Below are positions 49,019 to 57,609 of a stretch of DNA of 64,000 nucleotides, piece after piece. The position numbers and the translations under genes are program-made. The DNA lies in assembly GCA_964640635.1 (NCBI GenBank), contig CAZXFD010000001.1:248306-312305 (forward strand). The letters are read 5' to 3'. This DNA comes from an uncultured Gammaproteobacteria bacterium (GTDB lineage: Bacteria > Patescibacteriota > Patescibacteriia > UBA1558 > S5-K13). The notes under the pieces are model-generated. The model saw only the letters and a list, made by a program, of their open reading frames with translations. It ran no database searches and had not been told where the DNA came from. The number at the start of each line of letters is the position of its first letter. Position 1 is the first letter of the stretch.

Positions 49019-50179
49019 ATGACTAAACTAAAAGACAAAATAAAAAATATACCCCAGAAACCCGGCATATACTTTTTTCTAGACAAGAATAAAACCATTC
49101 TTTATGTTGGTCGTGCAATATCACTTAAAAATAGAATTTCTCAATATTTTCAAAAAAACATTGATATAAGAATTGCTGAAATGATTTCTCTTGCCCATGA
49201 TATTAAATTCATTGAAACAGAAAATTTATTAGAAGCAATAATACTAGAGGCAAAAAATATCAAGAAATATTGGCCAAAGTATAATATCAAAGACAAAGAC
49301 AATAGATCTTTTATTTACATCGCAATTGATAAAAATAGTGATTATCCAAAAGTTAAATTAATAAGACAGCGAGAACTAGATAAATTTCCTATAAATAAAT
49401 TTGCAGTCTTTGGTCCTTATCAATCTTTATATTTAATTCAAAATGCACTAAAAATTATTAGACGCATATTTCCATATAGTACTTGCGTACCAAATAATGG
49501 CAAACCTTGTTTTGATTATCAAATAGGATTATGCCCAGGAACTTGTATTGGTGAAATTAGTAAAAAGAATTATAAAAAGAATATTTCTAATATTATTTTG
49601 TTTTTGTCAGGTGAAAAAACTCGTCTCTTAAAAAAATTAATGAAAGAAGATCCAGAAAAAGCAAAATTTTTAAAACATATTCAAGATGTATCGTTATTAA
49701 CAAATGAAAATGATATAAATTTAAAAATTAACAGAATTGAAGGTTATGATATTAGTCATTTTGCTGGAAAAGAATCGTATGGCTCAATGGTTGTTTTTGA
49801 AAATGGTCAGGCAAATAAAAATGAATATAGATTATTTAAGATAAAAACTGCTCCTGCAAGTGACGATGAAAGAGCACTCGAGGAAGTTATTTCAAGAAGA
49901 TTGAATCATCACGAGTGGCAAAGCCCCGATTTTATTATGATAGATGGTGGCAAACCACAAGTTGATTATATAAGCAAACTATTTAAGGGTATAAATATAA
50001 ACATTCCTATCGTTGGAATTTCAAAATATGATAATGATAGATTGGTTTATGGAACAGGTATGAGTAAAAGTATCAAGGAATTATGTGAAAATATTAAATC
50101 AACACTACTAAAGACTCGAGAAGAAGCACATAGATTTGCAAATAAAGGAAGAAAAAATAGTTTTGGAAAGAGGAAATAA
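49019..50179 (+). CDS. uvrC: Excinuclease ABC subunit C, compact form (GIY-YIG + Cys motif + endonuclease core; no HhH tail)
   Basis: GIY-YIG PGIYFFLDKNKTILYVGRAISLKNRISQYF; Cys motif CVPNNGKPCFDYQIGLCPGTC; RIEGYDISHFAG ... IMIDGGKPQ ... EEAHRFA; ends 386 aa. Confidence 0.8.
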   Translation: MTKLKDKIKNIPQKPGIYFFLDKNKTILYVGRAISLKNRISQYFQKNIDIRIAEMISLAHDIKFIETENLLEAIILEAKNIKKYWPKYNIKDKDNRSFIYIAIDKNSDYPKVKLIRQRELDKFPINKFAVFGPYQSLYLIQNALKIIRRIFPYSTCVPNNGKPCFDYQIGLCPGTCIGEISKKNYKKNISNIILFLSGEKTRLLKKLMKEDPEKAKFLKHIQDVSLLTNENDINLKINRIEGYDISHFAGKESYGSMVVFENGQANKNEYRLFKIKTAPASDDERALEEVISRRLNHHEWQSPDFIMIDGGKPQVDYISKLFKGININIPIVGISKYDNDRLVYGTGMSKSIKELCENIKSTLLKTREEAHRFANKGRKNSFGKRK

Positions 50180-50210
50180 AAAATGCTCTGGATTGCTCCA
50201 GAGCTATTGT

Positions 50211-50900
50211 TTATCTTATTCTTATAATCATAAATTCCCCATGAAGCATAAATATACCTCTTGCCATTGGAATTTTCTCATCATTGGGCCAATTTACATA
50301 AACTCTATCATCTTTTTCTAAAGAATTTGTGTAGACGAAAGAATTTTTTGGCAACTTGATTTGAAGCACTTTTGATAAACAGCATAGTATGTATTTAATA
50401 ACGGATGCTTCCGGTATTTTTTCATCATTTTCCAACATTGATATTTTATCAAAACAAGATTCTCCAATTACTTCTGGAGTTTTTCTGACTAACATCCAAC
50501 ATGATTCCGATATGTGTGAAATATCCTCAAATCTATAGTCATAGAACATCTCCCTATCAGAATCTTTCAAATAAGGCATGAGTATATGAGTCTCCTTTAA
50601 GCTCTCAAGATCCTTAATTTGAGGAATCTTAGTAAGTCTTTCCATGTCGTCTAAATGTGGATCCAAATTAAGGGCTATAATCACATCCGATATTGATATG
50701 AAATTTTCGCCCATTATCTTTTTCGCATCTAGCTCATCCGACGTTAATTCATGGCCCTTGGTTTGGGCCATATTAACTATTTTTTGAGCCAATTCTTTTG
50801 ACTCGACGACCCTTGATGCGAGCTCTTCATCAAATCCCAGTCTAGTTAAGGTTTTCACTACTTTAGCCCAAGTATGGAATGGTATTGGTTTGCCATTCAT
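50211..50900 (-). CDS. Hypothetical protein; locally higher-GC cargo of an insertion flanked by duplicated uvrC 3' ends
   Basis: 229 aa ORF. It lies between two diverged ~70-nt copies of the uvrC terminus, at 50109-50179 and 51000-51071. Confidence 0.4.
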   Translation of the reverse strand: MNGKPIPFHTWAKVVKTLTRLGFDEELASRVVESKELAQKIVNMAQTKGHELTSDELDAKKIMGENFISISDVIIALNLDPHLDDMERLTKIPQIKDLESLKETHILMPYLKDSDREMFYDYRFEDISHISESCWMLVRKTPEVIGESCFDKISMLENDEKIPEASVIKYILCCLSKVLQIKLPKNSFVYTNSLEKDDRVYVNWPNDEKIPMARGIFMLHGEFMIIRIR

Positions 50901-51193
50901 GGCGGACCTCCTGCTTATTTAATTTTATAGTTACATATTAACAGTTTATTTTAAAAATACAAGATTAAATTACAATGTGAAAACATTAAACCAATACCAC
51001 TAAAAACTCATAAAGAAGCACATAAATTTGCAAATAGAGGAAGAAAAAATAATTTTAGAAAGAGAAAATAAAATCGCCTCTCAGGTCATCCTGAGTTTAT
51101 CTCAGGATCTCAATGAGAATGCAATTACAATGAGATCCCGAAACAAGTTCGGGATGACAGGTGAAGAGAGAATTGTAGACGATTTTTGTCTAT

Positions 51194-51493
51194 TTAATCA
51201 AAGTCTTTATAAAATAAATCAATCCAATTTGGATTATTTTTTTCAATCACATTTATTTTCCAATCCCTGTGCCAATTCTTTAATTGCTTTTCTCGCTCAA
51301 TAGCATTTCTTGGGTTATTAAAACCCTCGTAGTAAACTAATTTATCAATATTATATTTTGATGTAAAACCTTTATTTATTTTATCTTTGTGTTCAATTAT
51401 CCTTCTGTATAAATCGTTTGTAATACCAATATATAAAACACCACATTTTCTGTTTGTCAAAATATAAACAAAATATGTTTTATCGCTTTTCAT
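51194..51493 (-). CDS. Stand-alone GIY-YIG nuclease family protein
   Basis: YFVYILTNRKCGVLYIGITNDLYRRIIEH ... ; 99 aa. Confidence 0.75.
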   Translation of the reverse strand: MKSDKTYFVYILTNRKCGVLYIGITNDLYRRIIEHKDKINKGFTSKYNIDKLVYYEGFNNPRNAIEREKQLKNWHRDWKINVIEKNNPNWIDLFYKDFD

Positions 51494-51545
51494 ATTAATA
51501 TCTTATTATTTTCCAATAGAATGTCAATAATGTTATAATAATGTT

Positions 51546-52136
51546 ATGATTTTAGATCAGATTTTATCATTTTTACTTTTATATAAATATTTTGCGTTAT
51601 TTCTAATAACTTTTTTTGCATCTCTGACAAATCTTACGCCAGCAAGTCCATCACTTATTGCTTCTGGCTCTTTTGTCGCCGCGGGATACTTAAATTATTG
51701 GCAAGTAATTGTATTTGGATTTTTAGGAACAGTATTAGGAGATATTACAGCTTATTTTCTTTCTTATTATTATAGTAAAGAAATATTGATGAAAATTGGA
51801 TTTAAGAAAATTTTAAACTCCAAAAGTTTTTCAAAGGTAGAAATATTATTTGAAAAAAATTCCGGGAAAACAATATTTCTAAGTCGCTTTTTTCTTACTA
51901 GTTTTGGTCCTATTGTAAATTTGATAGCTGGATTATCAAAAATAAGTTTCAAAAAATTTATTGTCTGTGACTTATTAGGGGAGTTAATATATGTGTTTTT
52001 ACTTACAGGAATAGGATATTTATTTGCAGATAATTGGAAATATGTATCAAGCTTATTTTCTTATGCAAGTAATATTTTAATAATATTATTCATTTTTATA
52101 GTAATTATATATTTTCATAGAAAAAAGCTATTTTAA
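51546..52136 (+). CDS. DedA/TVP38-family membrane protein
   Basis: Multi-TM 196 aa protein; LGTVLGDITAYFL region typical of DedA. Confidence 0.55.
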   Translation: MILDQILSFLLLYKYFALFLITFFASLTNLTPASPSLIASGSFVAAGYLNYWQVIVFGFLGTVLGDITAYFLSYYYSKEILMKIGFKKILNSKSFSKVEILFEKNSGKTIFLSRFFLTSFGPIVNLIAGLSKISFKKFIVCDLLGELIYVFLLTGIGYLFADNWKYVSSLFSYASNILIILFIFIVIIYFHRKKLF

Positions 52137-52155
52137 AAATAGCAGATTAGCATAT

Positions 52156-52184
52156 TTGACAAAGTTTTATGAGCATAGTATAAA
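52156..52184 (+). promoter_or_regulatory. Sigma70-like promoter TTGACA-17-TATAAA upstream of the 52216 gene
   Basis: Consensus hexamers; followed by SD AAGGAGG. Confidence 0.45.
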
Positions 52185-52215
52185 TATCCATTGAATTAAA
52201 TTCAAGGAGGAAAAA

Positions 52216-52515
52216 ATGCAAAATCATGAATTTATCATGGGAAACTATTACATGTTTATTTTCCCATACGGTGTCCTTAATAGACCAGACGTAATCGTAG
52301 AAATGCCCACTCTTATTTATGAAAAAGAATTATTATTTCATTTTTTGTATAACTACAAATCTGAGGGGGAATTTGTTAAAAAAGAAGATATTCTTGCTGT
52401 CGGAGATAAAGATAATGGAACCGTAGAAATTAAGGGATGGGGTGGTAAATACACAATTCTAAATCAAGAATTATTTGATAAGTATGTTGTTGATGGAATA
52501 ATACAATTAAAATAA
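52216..52515 (+). CDS. Hypothetical protein
   Basis: Strong SD, terminator downstream. Confidence 0.4.
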   Translation: MQNHEFIMGNYYMFIFPYGVLNRPDVIVEMPTLIYEKELLFHFLYNYKSEGEFVKKEDILAVGDKDNGTVEIKGWGGKYTILNQELFDKYVVDGIIQLK

Positions 52516-52548
52516 ATTGGCAACGTAGATCATAATTAAGACAATTAG

Positions 52549-52572
52549 GCAGTTCTAAGAACTGCTTTTTTA
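52549..52572 (+). terminator. Rho-independent terminator (GCAGTTCT-aa-GAACTGC + T7)
   Basis: Read directly from sequence. Confidence 0.6.
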
Positions 52573-52692
52573 TTTAGCTATGTTTGGAAAATCCCGGTTA
52601 TATGCTATAATATCTCTAGCAATCAGTAATCGGCTATTAGCTTTTAGGAGTTAATGGCTGAATACTGAATGCCTATATAATAATTAAGCTAT

Positions 52693-52950
52693 GTGGCTAA
52701 GCGACTACATAGCTATGAAGCTAATAATATGGAACAATACTTAATACAAAATCAATGGATTTTCATTTTGCTTATGTTTTGGATATTGCCATGGAAGGGT
52801 GTAGCACTATGGCGTAGTGCAAAACTTAATAAAAAGGCATGGTTTATATCACTTTTGATTATAAATACACTTGGAATATTAGAAATATTATATATTTTCG
52901 TATTTAGCAAGGCAAAGAAGTCTCAAGACACGAGTCTTAATCAATTATAG
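52693..52950 (+). CDS. Small membrane protein, hypothetical
   Basis: Two predicted TM segments; the start is uncertain (alternative M at 52729). Confidence 0.3.
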   Translation: MAKRLHSYEANNMEQYLIQNQWIFILLMFWILPWKGVALWRSAKLNKKAWFISLLIINTLGILEILYIFVFSKAKKSQDTSLNQL

Positions 52951-52951
52951 A

Positions 52952-53344
52952 ATGCAACGCATTATAATCGCTTCTGGCCCCGTTATAGTAGAAAACAATA
53001 AAGCTCTCCTTGTAAAACATAAGGATAGCTTTTTTAAATTCTGTGGTGGTACTGTCAAAAAAACAGAAAACTTTATCAAATCAGCACAAAGAGAGGCAAA
53101 AGAAGAGCTCGGTATAAAAATTTCATTATTAGATAACACTCCATTTATAATGTATTCAAAAAAAGAAATAGATGGCATAGATTATGACGTTATACTCGTT
53201 CATTACCTAGCAAGTAGAGTCGGCGATATAAAACCAGGAAGTGACATAAAAGAATGGGCATGGATAGACATAGATAAGCTTGAAGAATTTGAACTTGCAC
53301 CAAATATTATTCCAACCCTCAAACATTTTAACTTTTTAAAATAA
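52952..53344 (+). CDS. NUDIX hydrolase
   Basis: Nudix box GGTVKKTENFIKSAQREAKEELGI (GX5EX7REUXEEXGU). Confidence 0.75.
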   Translation: MQRIIIASGPVIVENNKALLVKHKDSFFKFCGGTVKKTENFIKSAQREAKEELGIKISLLDNTPFIMYSKKEIDGIDYDVILVHYLASRVGDIKPGSDIKEWAWIDIDKLEEFELAPNIIPTLKHFNFLK

Positions 53345-53349
53345 AAACT

Positions 53350-53616
53350 ATGACAACAATAAAACCAGAGGAAGCAAAGATTATCGGAGAACAACTTGCT
53401 ATAGATTGGTTGAAATTTGATTTAGAACAATTTACAAAAGGAATGAATGTAGAATTAGAACATGGAACTCGTGACCCTCACACCAATGTAACTAGTGACG
53501 ACTACCTAATAACTGGAAAAATTGCTCTAGCACATCTAAATGAATTCCCAGATTATTATGACAGGCTAGAAAAAATGGAAGAAGAGGCAGAAAAGTATTG
53601 GAATAATAAAAAATAA
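53350..53616 (+). CDS. Hypothetical protein
   Basis: 88 aa ORF. Confidence 0.4.
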   Translation: MTTIKPEEAKIIGEQLAIDWLKFDLEQFTKGMNVELEHGTRDPHTNVTSDDYLITGKIALAHLNEFPDYYDRLEKMEEEAEKYWNNKK

Positions 53617-53632
53617 TTTTTAAAACAAATAT

Positions 53633-54103
53633 ATGAAGACATTGATTATATATTACTCAAGAACAGGACTTACAAAAAAGTTAGCAAATAGTATAAAGGA
53701 AAAATTAGAGGACTGCGATATAGAAGAGATAAAAACCAAGACAAATCGTCTAGGGGCAATACAATATTTAATTTGTGGAAAAGAAGCAATGCAAGAAAAA
53801 ATTACAAATATTGAAAATACTAATTATGATCCAGCAAATTATGATTTAATTATCTTAGGAACTCCTATTTGGGCATTTAATATTTCTTCGCCACTGAGAA
53901 CTTATATAGAAAAAAATAAAAACTCTTTTAAAAATGTTTTTGCATTTTTCACACAAGGATCATCTGGTGCAGATAAGGCCATTATTAGGCTTCAAAAATT
54001 GTTAGACAAAAACATATCAACACACCTTGCTTTAACGAGCAAAGAAGTCGCAAAAAGTCAATATCAAAACAAGCTAGATGAATTTTTGAAAAATATAATT
54101 TAA
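53633..54103 (+). CDS. Flavodoxin-like fold protein
   Basis: MKTLIIYYSRTGLTKKLA N-terminus typical of flavodoxin / NAD(P)H-dependent FMN reductase family. Confidence 0.5.
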   Translation: MKTLIIYYSRTGLTKKLANSIKEKLEDCDIEEIKTKTNRLGAIQYLICGKEAMQEKITNIENTNYDPANYDLIILGTPIWAFNISSPLRTYIEKNKNSFKNVFAFFTQGSSGADKAIIRLQKLLDKNISTHLALTSKEVAKSQYQNKLDEFLKNII

Positions 54104-54174
54104 AAATACAATCAAAAGAGTATTATTTATTATTTACTCTTTTTTGTTTTTCAAAAAAATGTTAAAATATATTT

Positions 54175-54576
54175 ATGTGGAATAAAAAAAAGAAAAAAAG
54201 TTTTAATATTTGGTTTTATATTGTAAACATTTGGACATTTGTATTCATCACTGTTATAATTTTGGATTTTTTAAATCACAATAGTCTAGAAGAATTTATA
54301 AACATAGCGGGATTTATTTACATTGGAGTTTTGGCAATATATTCAGGTGATAAAGAATTTGATAGATGGAACAAAATACAAATGGGAAATAGAAGGGGAG
54401 AGTTCTATGCAATTTTGTGGACTATACTTATTATATCTATAATTGGTTGGGACTTTGTTCTCGATAGAGGATATGAAATGCCAACAAGTGTTATATCTTC
54501 CTATACCGCAGTGCTTACAATTTTAGCTATTACTCAAAAATCTAAAAATCTATATACTCAAAAAAAGAAAAGATAG
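54175..54576 (+). CDS. Hypothetical membrane protein
   Basis: 4 predicted TM helices. Confidence 0.35.
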   Translation: MWNKKKKKSFNIWFYIVNIWTFVFITVIILDFLNHNSLEEFINIAGFIYIGVLAIYSGDKEFDRWNKIQMGNRRGEFYAILWTILIISIIGWDFVLDRGYEMPTSVISSYTAVLTILAITQKSKNLYTQKKKR

Positions 54577-54770
54577 CTTAAAATCACATTCCTTTTCAAA
54601 AGAATATTGAATTATAATCTCACAAAATAGAAGCAATGTGAGATTTTTTAAAACAAAAAGAAATGAATCGAATAACTCATTGACAAAGGATTAAAAATGT
54701 GCTAATTTTACATGTTAAATGTATTTTTGTGCTACAATAAAAATATATAATATATAACAATAAAAATACA

Positions 54771-56651
54771 ATGATATTCAACCGTTCAAAAAAAATAAAG
54801 ATAACAATACTAATTTTAGTAGTTTTTTGTGTTTTATATACCATATGGCTTGCTTTGGTACCAGTAAAAAATATATTAGCACTTAGTAATGAAAGCTATG
54901 ACTTGGTAAAGACTATAAATACGGACATTGATGAAGGCAACTTTGTTGCTCTCAATAAAGATGTTTATAAAATAAGAGAAAGAGTTGGACTTATAAAGAA
55001 TAATTTAGAATTTTTTGGATTTGTGAAAATAATGCCTTTTTTTGGAGATAAGTATAAAAAAGCAATGACTTCCATAAATGACGTTGAGGTGATATGTGAT
55101 AGCGTAAATACTATACTTGAATCTTCAAGAGACATGGGTCAATTAAACAAAGACAATATATTGATTAGTTTTTTAAATAATCCAGAGGAGTTTAAAAAAA
55201 TTAGTACTAGCTTCAACAATATATCATCAAATATTTATGAATTCAGTGATCTTTTTAACCTTAGCAACAAAGACTTTGTTCAAAATGTAAATTTACTTGC
55301 AAAAATTCTCAAAGTAAGTGAGCCTATAAGTCCAAATATTTTAGACATAATAGGACACAATGGACAAAGAAGATATCTATTGTTATTTCAAAACAACACA
55401 GAATTACGTGCTAGTGGTGGATTTATAGGAACATATGGAATCATAACCCTAGAAAATGGCAAGGTAAAAAATATTTATATAGATGATATTTATCATTTAG
55501 ATGTTCAATCTATTGGAAAATTGAAAAATCAGATGCCAGAGCCAATAAAAAAATATTTGAAAACAGAGGAATGGTATATGAGAGATTGCAATTGGCAGAT
55601 CAACTTTCCTGACGCAGCTCGTGATTGTCTCAGCTTATATGAGCAAGAAGTGAAAAACTTAGATAATAAAAATCCAGATAATGTTGATATTTACAACAAC
55701 AATCAGGGCAATATTGATGGAATTATAGCGTTAAACCCAGATCTTGTCGGAGAAGCATTGAAAATTATAGGTGATCAAGAAATAAGTGGAATTATGTTTG
55801 ATGGACAAAATTTTACAGATGATTTACAAAAGGCAGTAGAACTTTATTACAAAGAAAGAGGAGTAAGTCATTGGGATAGAAAAAATATTATAAGAGACTT
55901 GGCAAAAAATATATTGGAAGATTTGAAAAAATCAAATACTTATCAATATGGAAAACTTACAGATCTTGTGATAGAAAAATTAGAAAACAAAGATATTATT
56001 TTATATAGTAAAAATGAAGAGTTACAAAACAAATTAAGTTCTGCCGGCTGGACTGGAGAAGTAAAGAATTTCAGCGGAGATTATATAATGCTTGTAGATA
56101 GCAATCTAGCAAGTTTTAAATCTGATCAATTTATAGATAGAACTGTAAATTATCAGCTTACAAAGAACAAAGAAAACAATTTGATAGCAAAAGTTTCTAT
56201 TACATACAAACATAATGGAGGCTTTTCATGGAACTCAACGAAATATAGAGACTACGTTAGACTACTTGTGCCAAGTGGATCTGAGTTTATAAAAGTTACT
56301 GGATTTACAAATGACGAAAACAGTGATGAAATAATCCTTGACAAATCTGAAATGTATGGTAAGGTATCATATGGTTCGTTTATTAGTATAGATCCAAAAA
56401 CCTCAAAAACCCTTATTTTTGAGTATAAATTACCTGATTACGTTAAAGAACAGATCAAAAATAAGGAATATAAGCTTTATATTCAGAAGCAATCTGGAGT
56501 AAAGAACTTGTATTATATAATAAATGCAAACTTTGATGAGGATTTTAGAAAATTAAAAATAAACACCGATTCGATAATAGATAGTAACGTTTTTTCTGTA
56601 ATTGCAAAAAAGGCAATATCAAAAGACACTATAATAGAAATGAATTGGTAA
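54771..56651 (+). CDS. DUF4012 domain-containing protein (membrane-anchored, extracytoplasmic)
   Basis: N-terminal TM; LLLFQNNTELRASGGFIGTYGIITLENGKV is the DUF4012 core. Confidence 0.6.
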   Translation: MIFNRSKKIKITILILVVFCVLYTIWLALVPVKNILALSNESYDLVKTINTDIDEGNFVALNKDVYKIRERVGLIKNNLEFFGFVKIMPFFGDKYKKAMTSINDVEVICDSVNTILESSRDMGQLNKDNILISFLNNPEEFKKISTSFNNISSNIYEFSDLFNLSNKDFVQNVNLLAKILKVSEPISPNILDIIGHNGQRRYLLLFQNNTELRASGGFIGTYGIITLENGKVKNIYIDDIYHLDVQSIGKLKNQMPEPIKKYLKTEEWYMRDCNWQINFPDAARDCLSLYEQEVKNLDNKNPDNVDIYNNNQGNIDGIIALNPDLVGEALKIIGDQEISGIMFDGQNFTDDLQKAVELYYKERGVSHWDRKNIIRDLAKNILEDLKKSNTYQYGKLTDLVIEKLENKDIILYSKNEELQNKLSSAGWTGEVKNFSGDYIMLVDSNLASFKSDQFIDRTVNYQLTKNKENNLIAKVSITYKHNGGFSWNSTKYRDYVRLLVPSGSEFIKVTGFTNDENSDEIILDKSEMYGKVSYGSFISIDPKTSKTLIFEYKLPDYVKEQIKNKEYKLYIQKQSGVKNLYYIINANFDEDFRKLKINTDSIIDSNVFSVIAKKAISKDTIIEMNW

Positions 56652-56658
56652 TAATTTT

Positions 56659-57522
56659 ATGACAAATATAACAAGAACAGAAAACTTAATAGATAAAATA
56701 GTAGAAAGTAAATATTTTGTTTTGTTTGTGATTTCTATTTTTCTTGTTGTCTCAATAATACTTACAAGTTTACAAAAAAAAGAATACTCTTCTCAAGCTA
56801 GAGTTTTGATAATTCAAGATCAAGAACAAAAAATTGACGCTTATATTGCCTCAAAAGCATCTGAGAGTATTGCAAAAAATCTAAAAAAAGCATTATCAAG
56901 TTCTTCTTTTAGAAATAAGGTATTAGAAAATTTTTCAGACGCAAATACAAACTTTTCAAATTCAAGTGAAAAAGCAAGAAGAAAGCAATGGATTAAAACA
57001 CTAAATGTAAAACTGTTGCCAAATAGTTCTATATTAGAAATAACAGCATACAATGAATCCCCTGTATTTTCTGAAAAATTATTAAATAATGTTTTACTTA
57101 GTCTATTAGAAAATCATCAATCTTATCATGGCGGTGGTGCTTCAATTAATTTACAAATTATTGATTATCCACTTACATCAAGATATGCCGTCAAACCAGA
57201 TTGGGTTTTAAACTTAATATTGAGTATCATTTTGGGATTATTTTTTAGTGCAAGTATAATAAGTTTTTTCCCAAACAAAGCTTATAATTTAAATTACTTA
57301 CTTTACCCAAAGAAAAAAAGGGCTAAACAAATTCAAGAAACAAAAAAAATCTTTGAAACTTCAAGTCCAAATGAATTTGAAAAAAAAGAGCCACAAAGCA
57401 CAAATATTTATCAAAACTTATCAGAAGAAATAAAAAGAGATGCGGCTGGTGATATAGATATTGTATATGAAATAAAGAATAAAGTTCTAGATAACGATCA
57501 CTACCTAAGAAAAAAGGAATAA
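56659..57522 (+). CDS. Wzz-like polysaccharide co-polymerase (chain-length determinant) candidate
   Basis: TM helix, then a ~170-aa extracytoplasmic domain, then a second TM helix; fits PCP topology, with weak motif similarity only. Confidence 0.35.
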   Translation: MTNITRTENLIDKIVESKYFVLFVISIFLVVSIILTSLQKKEYSSQARVLIIQDQEQKIDAYIASKASESIAKNLKKALSSSSFRNKVLENFSDANTNFSNSSEKARRKQWIKTLNVKLLPNSSILEITAYNESPVFSEKLLNNVLLSLLENHQSYHGGGASINLQIIDYPLTSRYAVKPDWVLNLILSIILGLFFSASIISFFPNKAYNLNYLLYPKKKRAKQIQETKKIFETSSPNEFEKKEPQSTNIYQNLSEEIKRDAAGDIDIVYEIKNKVLDNDHYLRKKE

Positions 57523-57609
57523 TTTTTCGTCAGATTTGAAGTATATTGAATTTGCCGAAAAAGCAAAAATAAAAAAGTAAATTGAAATATATTATCTAGG
57601 AGGATAATA

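Noticed and set aside
50136-51303. Two short plus-strand ORFs beginning MQIKEEKIVLERGNKK / MQIEEEKIILERENK (50136-50321, 51028-51303)
   Set aside because: Their similar N-termini are out-of-frame read-through of the duplicated uvrC 3' terminus (the two repeat copies), not independent genes.
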